A model generated the notes under the pieces. The model saw only the letters and a program-made list of their open reading frames with translations, ran no database searches and was not told where the DNA came from. Shown here in pieces: positions 32,318 through 42,595 of a stretch of DNA of 64,000 bases (position 1 is its first letter; each line of letters starts with the position of its first letter). The translations under genes were made by a program, and so were the position numbers. The stretch is from Candidatus Melainabacteria bacterium 17Bon1m (GTDB lineage Bacteria > Cyanobacteriota > Vampirovibrionia > Obscuribacterales > Obscuribacteraceae), in contig JAVLKG010000010.1 of assembly GCA_032128875.1 (NCBI GenBank), forward strand, positions 96,001 through 160,000, read 5' to 3'.

Positions 32318-33326
32318 TGGTCGCCGATGCTTTCGAGGACCTGGACTCCTTACGCGTGAAGTAATCGGCCAGATGCCGATTGTAAGCCGCCATATCAGCT
32401 TCTTCTGAGTCTACTTCGTCCTTCTCTGAATTGGTGGAAACCGCCATTGCTTCGCCATTCGTTCTTTTTGAAAGAACGCTCTGACCGCTCTTTGTCTCTA
32501 CTTGATTGAGTTGCGCATCCGCGCGATTGCTTTGCGGCTCTGCTCGATTGAGGTGCGGCTCTGCTCGATTGTTCTGCAAATTACCAATCGGCGCAATTGC
32601 TTTTATACGTTGAGGGGCAACAGATCGGCTCTGCTCCTCACCCTTTGTCTTGGGCGATTTGCCTTCCGCAAGCATTGGTGTGGTGACAGATTTTTTTTGT
32701 GCAAAAAACAAAGCACAGATACTGCGAAGTTGCACAGCTTGAGCATGTTTTGAATAGCTAGGCAAAACCTTAATTAAGTCAGCCAGCGCAAACTGATAGT
32801 TTTTATTCGCTGCAAAAACTTGAGCGCGCCTGAAAAACGCATCGCTAAAAAGCTCTGCTTCTCGTCCACTCAAAGAACCAAATCTCGACACATTCAAACG
32901 ATCGGCAATCACAACCGCATCGTTTAGCTTATTTGCAGAAAGCGCATTTTCAAGATCTGCAGTTACTCCAAAGTAAAGCACGGAGCTAGATACAACCAGC
33001 ACCACCGCTAAACAAACACCAATAGAGACAAAGAGAAGTTTGCTGTTATCAGCAAGCACCGGAAGGAAAAACTCCGGCGACAGGCGCGACTGCTCTTCGA
33101 AGGCCGGTTGGACACCGCCACATTCCTGGCAAAACTTGTCGCCCAAAAATGTCTCGGACTCACAATGCGGACAATGCATTACGTGTTGGGCCGAACGAGC
33201 GACGGAAATCTCATCGCTGCAAATTGAGTCGCTGAGCATGATTGCTCGGATTTCCGAATCATCAACTTGGTTAGAAGTTGTACTCAGTCGTGGCAAATCG
33301 CCATCCCCACTTGACTTGCGCGACAC
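32265..33326 (-). CDS. Zinc-ribbon, single-TM, TPR-like protein
   Basis: CPHC...FCQECG, one hydrophobic segment, AFFRRAQVF...ALADL. Confidence 0.65.
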   Translation of the reverse strand: MSRKSSGDGDLPRLSTTSNQVDDSEIRAIMLSDSICSDEISVARSAQHVMHCPHCESETFLGDKFCQECGGVQPAFEEQSRLSPEFFLPVLADNSKLLFVSIGVCLAVVLVVSSSVLYFGVTADLENALSANKLNDAVVIADRLNVSRFGSLSGREAELFSDAFFRRAQVFAANKNYQFALADLIKVLPSYSKHAQAVQLRSICALFFAQKKSVTTPMLAEGKSPKTKGEEQSRSVAPQRIKAIAPIGNLQNNRAEPHLNRAEPQSNRADAQLNQVETKSGQSVLSKRTNGEAMAVSTNSEKDEVDSEEADMAAYNRHLADYFTRKESRSSKASATSEPPSFSEWVQSGKSEF

Positions 33327-33508
33327 CCTTTATTGGCGGTCAGTTCAAGTTTAGCACCATCCAATCATTCGATGGTTATGCCGCAAGACCACTATCGGTG
33401 AGGGTTTTCGCGATGCAAAGATACACGTTATATACAATTCCACCACACGGAAGGTATCCAGTAGATGGGTGATAATATTATGGTCGTCGGCTTCAGAGGC
33501 GGTTTAGC

Positions 33509-33898
33509 GTGAGTCAAGAGTTGATCAAAGCGGAGCGTGCGGCGCTCATACAGTCAGTCAAAGCGCTGTATATACCGCTTTCTCTATTCATCGCCTGTGT
33601 CATATCGGCAGGCGGCATGTACATGGTCTTCTATACAGAAGATAAGACCCCGGGTTACGCCTTTCTCGCCGTAGCTTTCACAATCATCATCAGCGCATTT
33701 ATCGCGCTCATTCGCTTTCAAAACAACTACCGCGCCAAAGGTGTGATCGGACGAGCGGAAGCATCCGGTCAGAACGAAGTACAGGCTGAAGCTCAGGACG
33801 AATTTCAGGACGCGGCGCAGGGTGAAACGTCGATTCCTCGCTCAGAAGAGCCAACAGGCTCGGCCGGGACAGAAAGAACCCCAACCGCTGCCCGATAA
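33509..33898 (+). CDS. Hypothetical two-TM membrane protein
   Basis: GAGG RBS, GTG start, two hydrophobic segments and an acidic tail. Confidence 0.65.
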   Translation: MSQELIKAERAALIQSVKALYIPLSLFIACVISAGGMYMVFYTEDKTPGYAFLAVAFTIIISAFIALIRFQNNYRAKGVIGRAEASGQNEVQAEAQDEFQDAAQGETSIPRSEEPTGSAGTERTPTAAR

Positions 33899-34251
33899 GC
33901 AGTTTTCGCCGCTGGGCCAAACTTCAAAAGCCAAGCCAGTCAAAGTTTTTACATTTGAAAACTTCTTGCCGGAAAGCGTTATTTTCAGCAACGACCTGAT
34001 CACGCAAAATCCCGCAAATCCAGTACCCCCAAGGGATTTGGGATTTCCAGGCTCAAAAATTATGTGATTCACTGTACATTTGTATAAGGAATCACTACTG
34101 TTGACTACCAAATTTTGGAATAGACTGAAATTGTCCCCTGAGATTTAGCGTGTCGATTCGCTAAAATGCGAATAAGGCCTCGGGCTTGCTGATTTCCAGT
34201 AATGGACAATTTACCAAAAGTAGTCGACACCTTATTGAGGTAGTAAAAAAA

Positions 34252-34383
34252 ATGGATCTCTCCTTATTTCAAAATCCTTGGGTTCTTGTTCCTGTTTTGA
34301 TCATGCCGGTAGTGATTATCGCGTTGGCAAAATCATGGAAGAACATCAAAGACAAATCAGCGAGCAAAGAAGCTCAAAGCTGA
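34252..34383 (+). CDS. Putative 43-aa single-TM protein
   Basis: GAGG RBS; MDLSLFQNPWVLVPVLIMPVVIIALAKSWKNIKDKSASKEAQS. Confidence 0.55.
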   Translation: MDLSLFQNPWVLVPVLIMPVVIIALAKSWKNIKDKSASKEAQS

Positions 34384-34611
34384 GTCTTCGACTGGAATAG
34401 TTTTTTCCACCCGGCGATTGATCTGCGTGGGCATCAGAGAATTCGTTTTCCTCTGAATGGACGGCAGTGTCGAAACACGTCCGCATTTAAATAAAACACT
34501 GATTGTAGGCTGGGGTACGAGCACCTCTCTTACGTATTTCTGCTCGGCACGGCAGCGGTGGGGCACCAGCAATGGTGCCCTTCCGTCATTGGATTTTTTC
34601 AGCACGAATGC

Positions 34612-34640
34612 AAAAAAGACGGTGCCGAGGCACCGCCCTT
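34612..34640 (-). terminator. Intrinsic terminator of the ribosomal superoperon
   Basis: Minus strand GGCGGTGCC-TC-GGCACCGTC-TTTTTT just after rpsI. Confidence 0.75.
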
Positions 34641-34672
34641 TGAAATTCTGCAGTCGCAATTGGGGATTCGAA

Positions 34673-35071
34673 TTAACGCTTCGAGAATTGGAAGCGTTTG
34701 CGAGCTTTTTTGCGTCCATATTTCTTACGCTCTTTGACGCGGGGGTCGCGGGTGAGCAGACCTTCGACACGCAGAGCGGGACGGTTTTGCGGAGCGGCTT
34801 CAGCCAAGGCTCTTGCGATACCGTGACGGATAGCGCCAACTTGTCCGACAATGCCGCCGCCTCTGACGGTGACGATCATGTCGAAACGACCGGCAGCATC
34901 AGCTGCGGCGATCGGCGATTCAAAATTCTTCTTCAGACCAGGACGGCCACCAACATAGTCGTCCAAAGTGCGACCGTTGATCGCGACCTGACCTGTACCG
35001 GGAATAAGACGGACTCTTGCCGAAGCTGACTTTCTTCTGCCTGTGCCGTAATACTGAATAACGCTTGTCAT
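34673..35071 (-). CDS. rpsI: 30S ribosomal protein S9
   Basis: GTGRRK...LTRDPRVKERKKYG...QFSKR. Confidence 0.98.
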   Translation of the reverse strand: MTSVIQYYGTGRRKSASARVRLIPGTGQVAINGRTLDDYVGGRPGLKKNFESPIAAADAAGRFDMIVTVRGGGIVGQVGAIRHGIARALAEAAPQNRPALRVEGLLTRDPRVKERKKYGRKKARKRFQFSKR

Positions 35072-35148
35072 CTGTTTTTATCCTAACCGCTTAGTCTTTG
35101 GTGCCAAATTTGGGTTTCTTGGTTGGTTGCAACCTGGTCTCTTTTAAG

Positions 35149-35577
35149 TTACCAGGTCAATGCTTCCGGTTGCTGTGCTGCATGCGGATGCTCAGTACCG
35201 GCGTAAACTTTCAGCTTGGTGAATTGTCTGGCGCCGAGTCTGGTGTGGGGGAGCATTCCCTTAACTGCACGCTCGACGATTGCCGTCGGGCGACGCTCTC
35301 TCAAGGACTTCAAGGTTTCTTGCTTGAATCCGTGAGGGAAGCCGGAATGCCTCGAATAAACTTTTTGGGTTTCTTTCTTGCCGGTGACTCTGATCTTCTC
35401 GGCATTGATGATGATGACGAAATCACCCGTGTCAACGTTGGGAGTGAACTGAGGCTTATTCTTGCCTCTCAAGATGTCGGCGACTCTGGTGGCGAGACGG
35501 CCCAAGGTTTTACCTTCGGCATCTACTACGAACCATTTATCCGTTATGTCGCCGTCTTTGGCGAGATATGTCTTCAC
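35149..35577 (-). CDS. rplM: 50S ribosomal protein L13
   Basis: [35 protein letters not shown] start at 35577 with GGAG RBS. Confidence 0.97.
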   Translation of the reverse strand: MKTYLAKDGDITDKWFVVDAEGKTLGRLATRVADILRGKNKPQFTPNVDTGDFVIIINAEKIRVTGKKETQKVYSRHSGFPHGFKQETLKSLRERRPTAIVERAVKGMLPHTRLGARQFTKLKVYAGTEHPHAAQQPEALTW

Positions 35578-35620
35578 GAGCGGCTTCTCCAATTCTCTCT
35601 TCTGGGCTTCTCGATGCTGC

Positions 35621-36427
35621 CTACTTCGGCAGCCGGGGTTCCGAAAGGAACTCTTCAGTACTTTTTTCAAAGAGCCTGAGGCTCTCGGGGTATCTGACCA
35701 TTTGCAGGGTCAACCCTTGCGCCGGCGCGGTCGCACCGGACAGATTACGATCCCGTCCAGACAGAGCCTCGCTGAGGCTCTCTGGCGCCCGCTTGCCGAG
35801 CCCGATTTCCACTAGGGTCCCGACGATTATGCGCACCATATTGTACACGAAGTGATTGGCGCCAATCCAGAATTCAAGCTGCCCTTCACCTAATCTCAAC
35901 AATTGAACACGCTGAACCGAGCACAGGGGTGACGTCTCGTCTCCATTCGAAGCACGGAAGGAAGTAAAGTCATGTGTGCCCAAAAGGCACTGGGCGGCGC
36001 TTATCATCGCTTCTGCATCCAGAGGCGACCTGACAAGATAATGATTTGCCGCCAAAATAGGCGACCTTTGCTGGCGGTTAAGAATTCTGTAAACATAGAT
36101 ACGTTCTGTTGCACTGAAACGTGCATGAAAATCCGGCGGCACGATCTGCCCTTCGTAAGCGGATAAATCGCTCGGCAATATGCCGTTTAGTGCCCAGAGA
36201 AATTTGTAAAAGTCGCCATCAAATTCGTCGAGTTCAAAATGGACAACTTGTCCTTTTGCATGAACTCCAGTATCAGTGCGGCCCGAGAAGATCACCTTCA
36301 TGGGTCGACGGCACAAAACAGTAAGACCCTTCTCGAGCTCTTCCTGAACGGTGCGTACACCAATCTGGAATTGTGAGCCGTGGAAGAGTCTTCCTGAATA
36401 CTCGATTAAGAGCGCTATGCGAGGCAA
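35621..36427 (-). CDS. truA: tRNA pseudouridine(38-40) synthase
   Basis: [27 protein letters not shown]. Confidence 0.97.
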   Translation of the reverse strand: MPRIALLIEYSGRLFHGSQFQIGVRTVQEELEKGLTVLCRRPMKVIFSGRTDTGVHAKGQVVHFELDEFDGDFYKFLWALNGILPSDLSAYEGQIVPPDFHARFSATERIYVYRILNRQQRSPILAANHYLVRSPLDAEAMISAAQCLLGTHDFTSFRASNGDETSPLCSVQRVQLLRLGEGQLEFWIGANHFVYNMVRIIVGTLVEIGLGKRAPESLSEALSGRDRNLSGATAPAQGLTLQMVRYPESLRLFEKSTEEFLSEPRLPK

Positions 36428-36436
36428 TTAGCTAGA

Positions 36437-36862
36437 TTAGACCAGCTGGATGATCGCCATCGGAGTTGCGTCTCCGCGACGGATGCCCGCTTTGAGGATG
36501 CGTGTATAACCGCCCGGACGCTTCGCGTAGCGAGGTGCGACTTCATCGAAGACGCGCTTCACGACTTCACCATCGTAGATGAAGGAAGCGACTTGACGAC
36601 GCAGGTGAACTGCATGCGCAAGCTCTTTTGCTGCTTGTGCATCGCCTTTCTGTGCCTTTTCAGACAACGCTTTGTGATCGGCGATGAATCCTTTTTTGCC
36701 TTTGGTGATCAAGCGTTCCACTTCCGGACGCACTGCTTTAGCTTTGGCGAGAGTTGTGATGATCTCGTCGTGGCGCAGAAGTTCGGTCGCCAGAGAACGC
36801 AATACAGCCTTTCTTTGATCGGCTGGGCGGCCTAAACGATTTCCAGGTTTGCGGTGACGCAT
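36437..36862 (-). CDS. rplQ: 50S ribosomal protein L17 (with internal insertion)
   Basis: MRHRK...ITTLAKAK...RPGGYTRI...RRGDA. Confidence 0.97.
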   Translation of the reverse strand: MRHRKPGNRLGRPADQRKAVLRSLATELLRHDEIITTLAKAKAVRPEVERLITKGKKGFIADHKALSEKAQKGDAQAAKELAHAVHLRRQVASFIYDGEVVKRVFDEVAPRYAKRPGGYTRILKAGIRRGDATPMAIIQLV

Positions 36863-36959
36863 AATTCCAAGTCCTTTTTATGTTTTTCCTGATTCTCTAT
36901 CCCAAATAGACTTGCTTAACTGAATGCTCAACAAGTTGTCTTCGGGTCCCGCTGACTAT

Positions 36960-37919
36960 CTATTTGTCTTTGGGAGTGTCGGCAAGAGTGAGTCCGAATT
37001 GACGCAGACGCTCGATGACTTCATCAGCAGACTTCTTACCGAAGTTCTTGATGTTCATCAGATCGTCGTAGGTCAGCTTCAGGAGCTCGCCGAGCGAGTT
37101 GATGTTAGCCCGCTTGAGGCAGTTGTAAGCGCGAACGGACAACTCGAGCTCTTCGATAGAGATGGAGCTGTGCTTTCCGTCTTGCTGAGTTGGTTGTGTC
37201 GCTGCCGGAACCATGGGCTTGCCCGAGAGTTCTGCAATCGGCACGAGGTGTTCGATGATTTGACGCGAAGCTTGTGAAATTGCTTCGGTTGCGTCGATAG
37301 AACCGTTGGACCAAATTTCCATGGTCAGCTTGTCGAAATCAGTCGACTCGCCTACGCGGGTTGGTTCAACCAAATAGCTTACTTTTCTTACCGGCATAAA
37401 TACTGCGTCGATCGGCAGTACGTCGATAGCTTGTTTGTAATGGCTGTGCGAATCGGCAGGTACATAACCGCGACCGCGCTCAACAGTGATTTCGGCACGG
37501 ATTCTGCCGCCTTCAGCCAATGTGCAGAGCTGCCAATCCGGATTGATGATCGTTGCATCAGCCGGGCAGATGATATCGCGGCCGGTGACTGCGCCGGTGC
37601 GCTCTACATCGAGGTGGAGGTATTGAGGATCGTTGCTGAAGGTCTTAACGACGAGACCTTTGAGGTTGAGCATTACATCGATTACATCTTCAACAACACC
37701 AGGAATAGTGGTGAATTCGTGGGTAATGCCTTCAATTCTTACAGCGCTAACTGCCGAGCCGTCCAGTGACGAAAGCAAAACGCGGCGAAGCGAGTTGCCG
37801 AGGGTAGTTCCGTATCCTCTTTCCAGAGGCTCGATTACGAATTTGCCGTAGATAGATCCATCAGCGCCCGTTTTGTTTTCGAGACACTTGATCTTCAGCG
37901 GTTCCATCAATTTTTCCAT
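36960..37919 (-). CDS. rpoA: RNA polymerase alpha subunit
   Basis: EPLERGYGTTLGNSLRRVLL and LSVRAYNCLKRA. Confidence 0.98.
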   Translation of the reverse strand: MEKLMEPLKIKCLENKTGADGSIYGKFVIEPLERGYGTTLGNSLRRVLLSSLDGSAVSAVRIEGITHEFTTIPGVVEDVIDVMLNLKGLVVKTFSNDPQYLHLDVERTGAVTGRDIICPADATIINPDWQLCTLAEGGRIRAEITVERGRGYVPADSHSHYKQAIDVLPIDAVFMPVRKVSYLVEPTRVGESTDFDKLTMEIWSNGSIDATEAISQASRQIIEHLVPIAELSGKPMVPAATQPTQQDGKHSSISIEELELSVRAYNCLKRANINSLGELLKLTYDDLMNIKNFGKKSADEVIERLRQFGLTLADTPKDK

Positions 37920-38036
37920 TATTTTCTTCCTTGAGCAGCGTTGACTCTTTCTTGGGCGTTTTGTCCCTCACACGCTGATGTTTACACGCTTTATAAACAC
38001 CGGGTATTGGGCACCCAAACTTTTGAATTCTGTCTA

Positions 38037-38429
38037 TTAGACGCGACGGCGCTTAGGTGGTCTGCAGCCATTGTGCGGAATAGGAGTTACGTCTTTGATC
38101 AAAGTGATTTCCAAACCGGATGCTTGCAGAGCGCGGATTGCGGTTTCACGACCGGCTCCCGGTCCTTTTACCAACACTTCGACTTGACGCATGCCCTGGT
38201 CCATGGAGCGCTTCGCAACCGATTCAGCAGCTTGCTGAGCGGCGAACGGAGTGCCTTTCTTGGCGCCTTTAAAACCGACGGTACCGGCGGATGCCCAGGC
38301 GATAACCTGGCCTTGCGGGTCGGTAGAGCAGATGATCGTGTTGTTGAAAGTGCTCTGGATGTGGACAACACCCTGCAACACATAGCGTCTCTCTTTTTTC
38401 TTTGTCCTTGCTTTGGGCGACTTTGCCAT
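38037..38429 (-). CDS. rpsK: 30S ribosomal protein S11
   Basis: [29 protein letters not shown]. Confidence 0.98.
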   Translation of the reverse strand: MAKSPKARTKKKERRYVLQGVVHIQSTFNNTIICSTDPQGQVIAWASAGTVGFKGAKKGTPFAAQQAAESVAKRSMDQGMRQVEVLVKGPGAGRETAIRALQASGLEITLIKDVTPIPHNGCRPPKRRRV

Positions 38430-38518
38430 GGTTTCTCTCTCTTAGTTTCGATATCTAGTTAGTTCGAGTGGGGATGCGACAGGCTCTTATCGAATGGCGA
38501 CAAGGTCCTTGTCAGCGA

Positions 38519-38902
38519 TTACTTGGCTGCGACTTTCTTGCCGGCAACCGTTACGCGCTTGCGACCACGACGGGTACGAGCGTTGGTCTTGGTACGCTGA
38601 CCACGGGTCGGCAAACCTCTTCTGTGGCGCTGTCCGCGGTAGCAGTTGATTTCAATCAAACGCTTGACGTTGAGACCTTCCATACGTCTCAAATCGCCTT
38701 CTACCTGGAGACCGCCCTTCTCAATTTCTTCACGCAGGCGGCTGACTTCATCTTCGGTCAGGTCATTAACACGGCGATCTTCTGTGATGCCGACCTTTTG
38801 ACAGACCTTCTGCGCTGTCGTGTGACCGACACCATAGATGTAAGTAAGTGCGATGTGTGTTCTCTTGCCTTTCGGCAGATCTATACCGGCGATGCGGGCC
38901 AT
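38519..38902 (-). CDS. rpsM: 30S ribosomal protein S13
   Basis: MARIAG...[12 protein letters not shown]. Confidence 0.98.
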   Translation of the reverse strand: MARIAGIDLPKGKRTHIALTYIYGVGHTTAQKVCQKVGITEDRRVNDLTEDEVSRLREEIEKGGLQVEGDLRRMEGLNVKRLIEINCYRGQRHRRGLPTRGQRTKTNARTRRGRKRVTVAGKKVAAK

Positions 38903-38939
38903 TTGTCCTCCAGAATCAAAATCTCGTCAGTACCTGGGC

Positions 38940-39053
38940 TTAACCCTGGCGTTGTTTGTGTTTGGGATTTTCGCAAATGACTGCCACTCGGCCTTTACGG
39001 CGAATGACCTTGCACTTGTCGCAGATTTTCTTGACAGAAGCTCTAACTTTCAT
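38940..39053 (-). CDS. rpmJ: 50S ribosomal protein L36 (zinc-binding type)
   Basis: Manual translation [37 protein letters not shown]. Confidence 0.97.
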   Translation of the reverse strand: MKVRASVKKICDKCKVIRRKGRVAVICENPKHKQRQG

Positions 39054-39223
39054 GAGAGTCTCGCTTTACGTTCTTATAGTGATAACCGGACCAGAGTCCT
39101 AACTAGTCACTGTACGGGGCATTTGCTCACGCACAGATTCCAGTTTCCGAGCAGACGGCTGCAAAACCCAAAGCAGGTTGAGTCAAACCGCTGGAGCTAC
39201 GGATACAAACGTCAGATTATATA

Positions 39224-39445
39224 TCAATCTTTGATTCTGTACGTGATTCTTCCGCGCGTTAAGTCGTACGGGGTGAGCTCTACGCGCACTCGATCGCCTG
39301 GAAGTATCTTAATAAAATTTTTGCGAATCTTGCCCGAGATATGGGCCAAGACCTTGTGACCGTTATCCAATTCAACCCGAAACATGGCATTGGGAAGGGA
39401 TTCCCGGATTATGCCTTCGAATTCAATTACACCTTGCTTCGTCAT
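39224..39445 (-). CDS. infA: Translation initiation factor IF-1
   Basis: [15 protein letters not shown]...[10 protein letters not shown]. Confidence 0.98.
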   Translation of the reverse strand: MTKQGVIEFEGIIRESLPNAMFRVELDNGHKVLAHISGKIRKNFIKILPGDRVRVELTPYDLTRGRITYRIKD

Positions 39446-40224
39446 CAAATTACCTCGCTGGGACGTTGAGTGAGCACAATTGGCTCGCCTTCTGTCACCA
39501 GGATCGAATGTTCAAAATGCGCAGATGGCTTGTAATCTTGCGTAACAACTGTCCAACCATCTTGCTTGAGCCGAACGCGGTCGCCGCCCTGATTGAACAT
39601 AGGTTCAATCGCTATAACCATACCAGGTTTCAAACGCACCTTGCTACCGGTACGATAGTTGAAGATGAGCGGGTCTTCATGATAGTTAGGACCGATGCCG
39701 TGGCCGCCATAATCGCGAACGATTCCGTAAAGATTCTCCTTCGCAATGTCTTCAATGGCTCCACCGATATCATCGAGAGTAGCTCCGGCACGACAAACTT
39801 TGATGCCTGCATAAAGCGACTTTTGCGTGTCGTCAAGAAGTTTTTGCAAACGAGGATTGATCTCGCCGACTGCCACTGTCAAAGCTGTATCGCCGATATA
39901 GTCCATCTTTTTGCCGTTCTCGACTCTAAATGTAGCGCCGAGATCGATACTGATGACATCACCGTCTTTCAATACGCGATTGCGATTCGGAATTCCGTGC
40001 ACAACCTCTTCATTGATCGACACACAAATTGTTGCGGGAAATTTGCGATAGCCCTTGAAAGTTGGAATGCATCCGGCATCGCGGATCATCTTTTCGGCAA
40101 ACTCATCGAGCTCACCTGTCGAGATGCCTACCTTCACTAGTTTTGACGTCGCCTCAAGAACTTCACCAGCCAGCTTGCCGGCTTTTTTGAAATTCTCGAT
40201 TTCTACATCTGTCGTCACGATCAT
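39445..40224 (-). CDS. map: Methionine aminopeptidase, type I
   Basis: [29 protein letters not shown]. Start placed at ATG 40224; the upstream ATG 40275 lies in a REP. Confidence 0.95.
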   Translation of the reverse strand: MIVTTDVEIENFKKAGKLAGEVLEATSKLVKVGISTGELDEFAEKMIRDAGCIPTFKGYRKFPATICVSINEEVVHGIPNRNRVLKDGDVISIDLGATFRVENGKKMDYIGDTALTVAVGEINPRLQKLLDDTQKSLYAGIKVCRAGATLDDIGGAIEDIAKENLYGIVRDYGGHGIGPNYHEDPLIFNYRTGSKVRLKPGMVIAIEPMFNQGGDRVRLKQDGWTVVTQDYKPSAHFEHSILVTEGEPIVLTQRPSEVI

Positions 40225-40259
40225 TGCGGCGGAACTCCGATATTTCCTAGCTTGCTTCT

Positions 40260-40318
40260 GCAGGGGCGACGTCATGCGTTGCCCATAATGTGAGGGCGAC
40301 GCATCGCATCGCCCCTAC
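40260..40318. repeat. Inverted REP doublet between adk and map
   Basis: GCAGGGGCGACGTCATGCGTTGCCC ... GGGCGACGCATCGCATCGCCCCTAC. Confidence 0.8.
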
Positions 40319-40322
40319 AAGT

Positions 40323-40979
40323 TTACGCAGTAACCTTCAGCGATTGCAAAATGTTGTTGAAAATCACGTCTTGATCGCCTTCACCCTGGATGGTGACCAG
40401 GATTTTCTTTTGCGTGTAATAGTCGATGAGCGGCTCAGTTTGCTCGCGATAAGTATTCAATCGCGCCTTCACCAGCTCTTCTTTATCGTCGGCACGCTGG
40501 CTCAAGTCAGAACCGCAAACGTCACATTTGCCTTCTGCTTTGGGCGGTGCAAATTTGACGTGATAGACGGCCGCACAGGCTTTATTGCTGCAGGTCCAGC
40601 GTCCGCAGATGCGCTCGGTGAGAAGGCTATCATCAACTTCAAGATTGATAACAGTACTGAGATTGCTATTCAAAGAAGTAAGCAATTCATCGAGGCTCTT
40701 TGCTTGTGCCAAATTGCGCGGGAAACCATCGAGGATGTATCCGCCTTTGCAATCGGGCGAGCTGAGCTTTTCGCCAAACATTTTTATCAATACTTCGTCC
40801 GGCACAAGAACGCCTTTATCCATGAACTCTTTGGCAGAAACGCCGGCAGGAGTACCGGCCTTCACGGCTTCTCTCAAAAGATCGCCGGAAGACAAATGGG
40901 GCAAACTGAGTTTTGCCGCAAGGCGCTTGCATTGGGTACCTTTACCCGCTCCAGGAGCGCCGAGAAAAAGAATACGCAT
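40323..40979 (-). CDS. adk: Adenylate kinase (zinc-lid type)
   Basis: GAPGAGKGT, LDGFPR, lid cysteines CSNKAC...CDVC. Confidence 0.98.
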   Translation of the reverse strand: MRILFLGAPGAGKGTQCKRLAAKLSLPHLSSGDLLREAVKAGTPAGVSAKEFMDKGVLVPDEVLIKMFGEKLSSPDCKGGYILDGFPRNLAQAKSLDELLTSLNSNLSTVINLEVDDSLLTERICGRWTCSNKACAAVYHVKFAPPKAEGKCDVCGSDLSQRADDKEELVKARLNTYREQTEPLIDYYTQKKILVTIQGEGDQDVIFNNILQSLKVTA

Positions 40980-40981
40980 GA

Positions 40982-42421
40982 CTAAATTTCCTTATTGCCT
41001 GATGGGAATAGTCCCTGCGCTTGATAGCGCGCAGAGAGGGCATGGGTTTTGATCTGCCTTTGCGTGTCGATTGCTACGCCGACAAGAATGATGAGGGATG
41101 TCGAGCCCAAACCTTGCAAAGTTTGTACGTAAGTCGCTTGCTCCACGTGAATCGGCAAAATAGCGATGATACCGACGGCGGAGGCCCCGATAAAAATGAG
41201 ACGGCTCAAAGTTTTCTCCAGAAATTCCGATGTCGGTCTGCCTGGGCGCACTCCGTGAATGGCGCGGCCACTGCGTCTCAAGTTTTCAGCAATATCTTTT
41301 ACTGGAATGACAATCGACGCATAGAAGAAAGCAAAGAAAAGGATGAGCGCGAAATAGAGAACCGAATGCTCCCAATGGTAGTAGGAAAAGCAGTTAGTGG
41401 CTTCTATAGAAATCCAGCTCCAGGCGTTTTGCACCCAGGCTTGTTTTGAAAAATCTACGAATCCAGGAATCGGTGTCAACAATTCATAGATAGCTTGGAA
41501 AGGGTTCTTTCCGCTCTGGGCGGCAAAGGACATAACTGTCGATGGGAACATCAAAAGCGATGAAGCGAAGATGATAGCCATCACACCTGAGGGATTGACG
41601 GGCAGATAAATCGAATCTTCCGGTGCGTTGAAGACCTGGCGGCCTACGTTTCGGCGCGCACCAAGCACTTGAACTTTTCGCACTCCCTGTTGCAAGCAGA
41701 CAATGAGCGCGATCAGTCCTAAGAAAACAGCACACAAAACAATTACGCCCCAAACCGGTGATTGTCCGGTCTGAACGGCTTCATACGTGTTTTTGATCAT
41801 GACGGGCAAACGCGAGGCGATACCCAAGAAGATCAAAAGCGAGGCACCATTTCCGACACCACGCTCGGTAATGATTTCGCCCATCCACATAACAAAGACT
41901 GCGCATGCAGAAAGAATGATGGTTGTAGAAACCATGAAAAGCGGGCCGGGTGTGATGACGACTGGTGGGTTTTGAATTTTGGTCAAAAGATTAGCCAGCA
42001 TCAATGATTGAAAAACGGCTAACCCAACGCAAGCAATGCGCGTGTATTGCTGCAATTGGCGGCGACCTTGTTCACCCGAATGCTTTTGCAGTTCTTCCAG
42101 TTTTGGAACAACCACCGACATCAATTGCATGATGATGGATGCTGTGATGTATGGTCCGATCCCCATTGAGAAGATAGACAATTTGTTCAAGGCGCCGCCG
42201 GTGAACAAGTCGATCATGCCGAGCAAGTTTTGCGCCAACTCAGGGTGCTTGGTGAAAGCAGACGGATCTACACCCGGGATAGGAATATGTACGCCGATAC
42301 GATAAATGGCGATGACTATGAGAGTGAAAAAGATTCGCTCTTTAAGGCCTGCTGCCGAGAGCATTTTGAGCAGATCTTCCGGACCGCCTATTTTGGTGCC
42401 GCGTCTGGATTGTGAATCCAT
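40982..42421 (-). CDS. secY: Preprotein translocase SecY
   Basis: GIGPYITASII, GVGNGASL, GVMAIIFASS, GVRPG, GSTSLIILVGV. Confidence 0.98.
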   Translation of the reverse strand: MDSQSRRGTKIGGPEDLLKMLSAAGLKERIFFTLIVIAIYRIGVHIPIPGVDPSAFTKHPELAQNLLGMIDLFTGGALNKLSIFSMGIGPYITASIIMQLMSVVVPKLEELQKHSGEQGRRQLQQYTRIACVGLAVFQSLMLANLLTKIQNPPVVITPGPLFMVSTTIILSACAVFVMWMGEIITERGVGNGASLLIFLGIASRLPVMIKNTYEAVQTGQSPVWGVIVLCAVFLGLIALIVCLQQGVRKVQVLGARRNVGRQVFNAPEDSIYLPVNPSGVMAIIFASSLLMFPSTVMSFAAQSGKNPFQAIYELLTPIPGFVDFSKQAWVQNAWSWISIEATNCFSYYHWEHSVLYFALILFFAFFYASIVIPVKDIAENLRRSGRAIHGVRPGRPTSEFLEKTLSRLIFIGASAVGIIAILPIHVEQATYVQTLQGLGSTSLIILVGVAIDTQRQIKTHALSARYQAQGLFPSGNKEI

Positions 42422-42595
42422 TTAGTTTCTGTCCTCTCTTTTAGTCGATCTATTTGCTGCGTCTTTTATGGCGCCGTTTTGGAATTGACTTCCTAAGCGG
42501 ATACTATCGCAACAATCCCAAAGAATAACCGGCCTTTAGCAAAATTTCCGCCCCGGCCGGTTCATCTCATTTCTTCATTCGTGCAGGCAATTGAC

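Noticed and set aside
34457-35029. 190-aa plus-strand ORF and 164-aa minus-strand ORF near rpsI
   Set aside because: They overlap rpsI and its terminator in other frames and show no recognisable motifs.
35578-35670. N-terminal extension of L13 in the ORF track (likewise Ku from 26270 and Map from 40275)
   Set aside because: Downstream starts match family N-termini; the longer starts overlap truA, a promoter or a REP.
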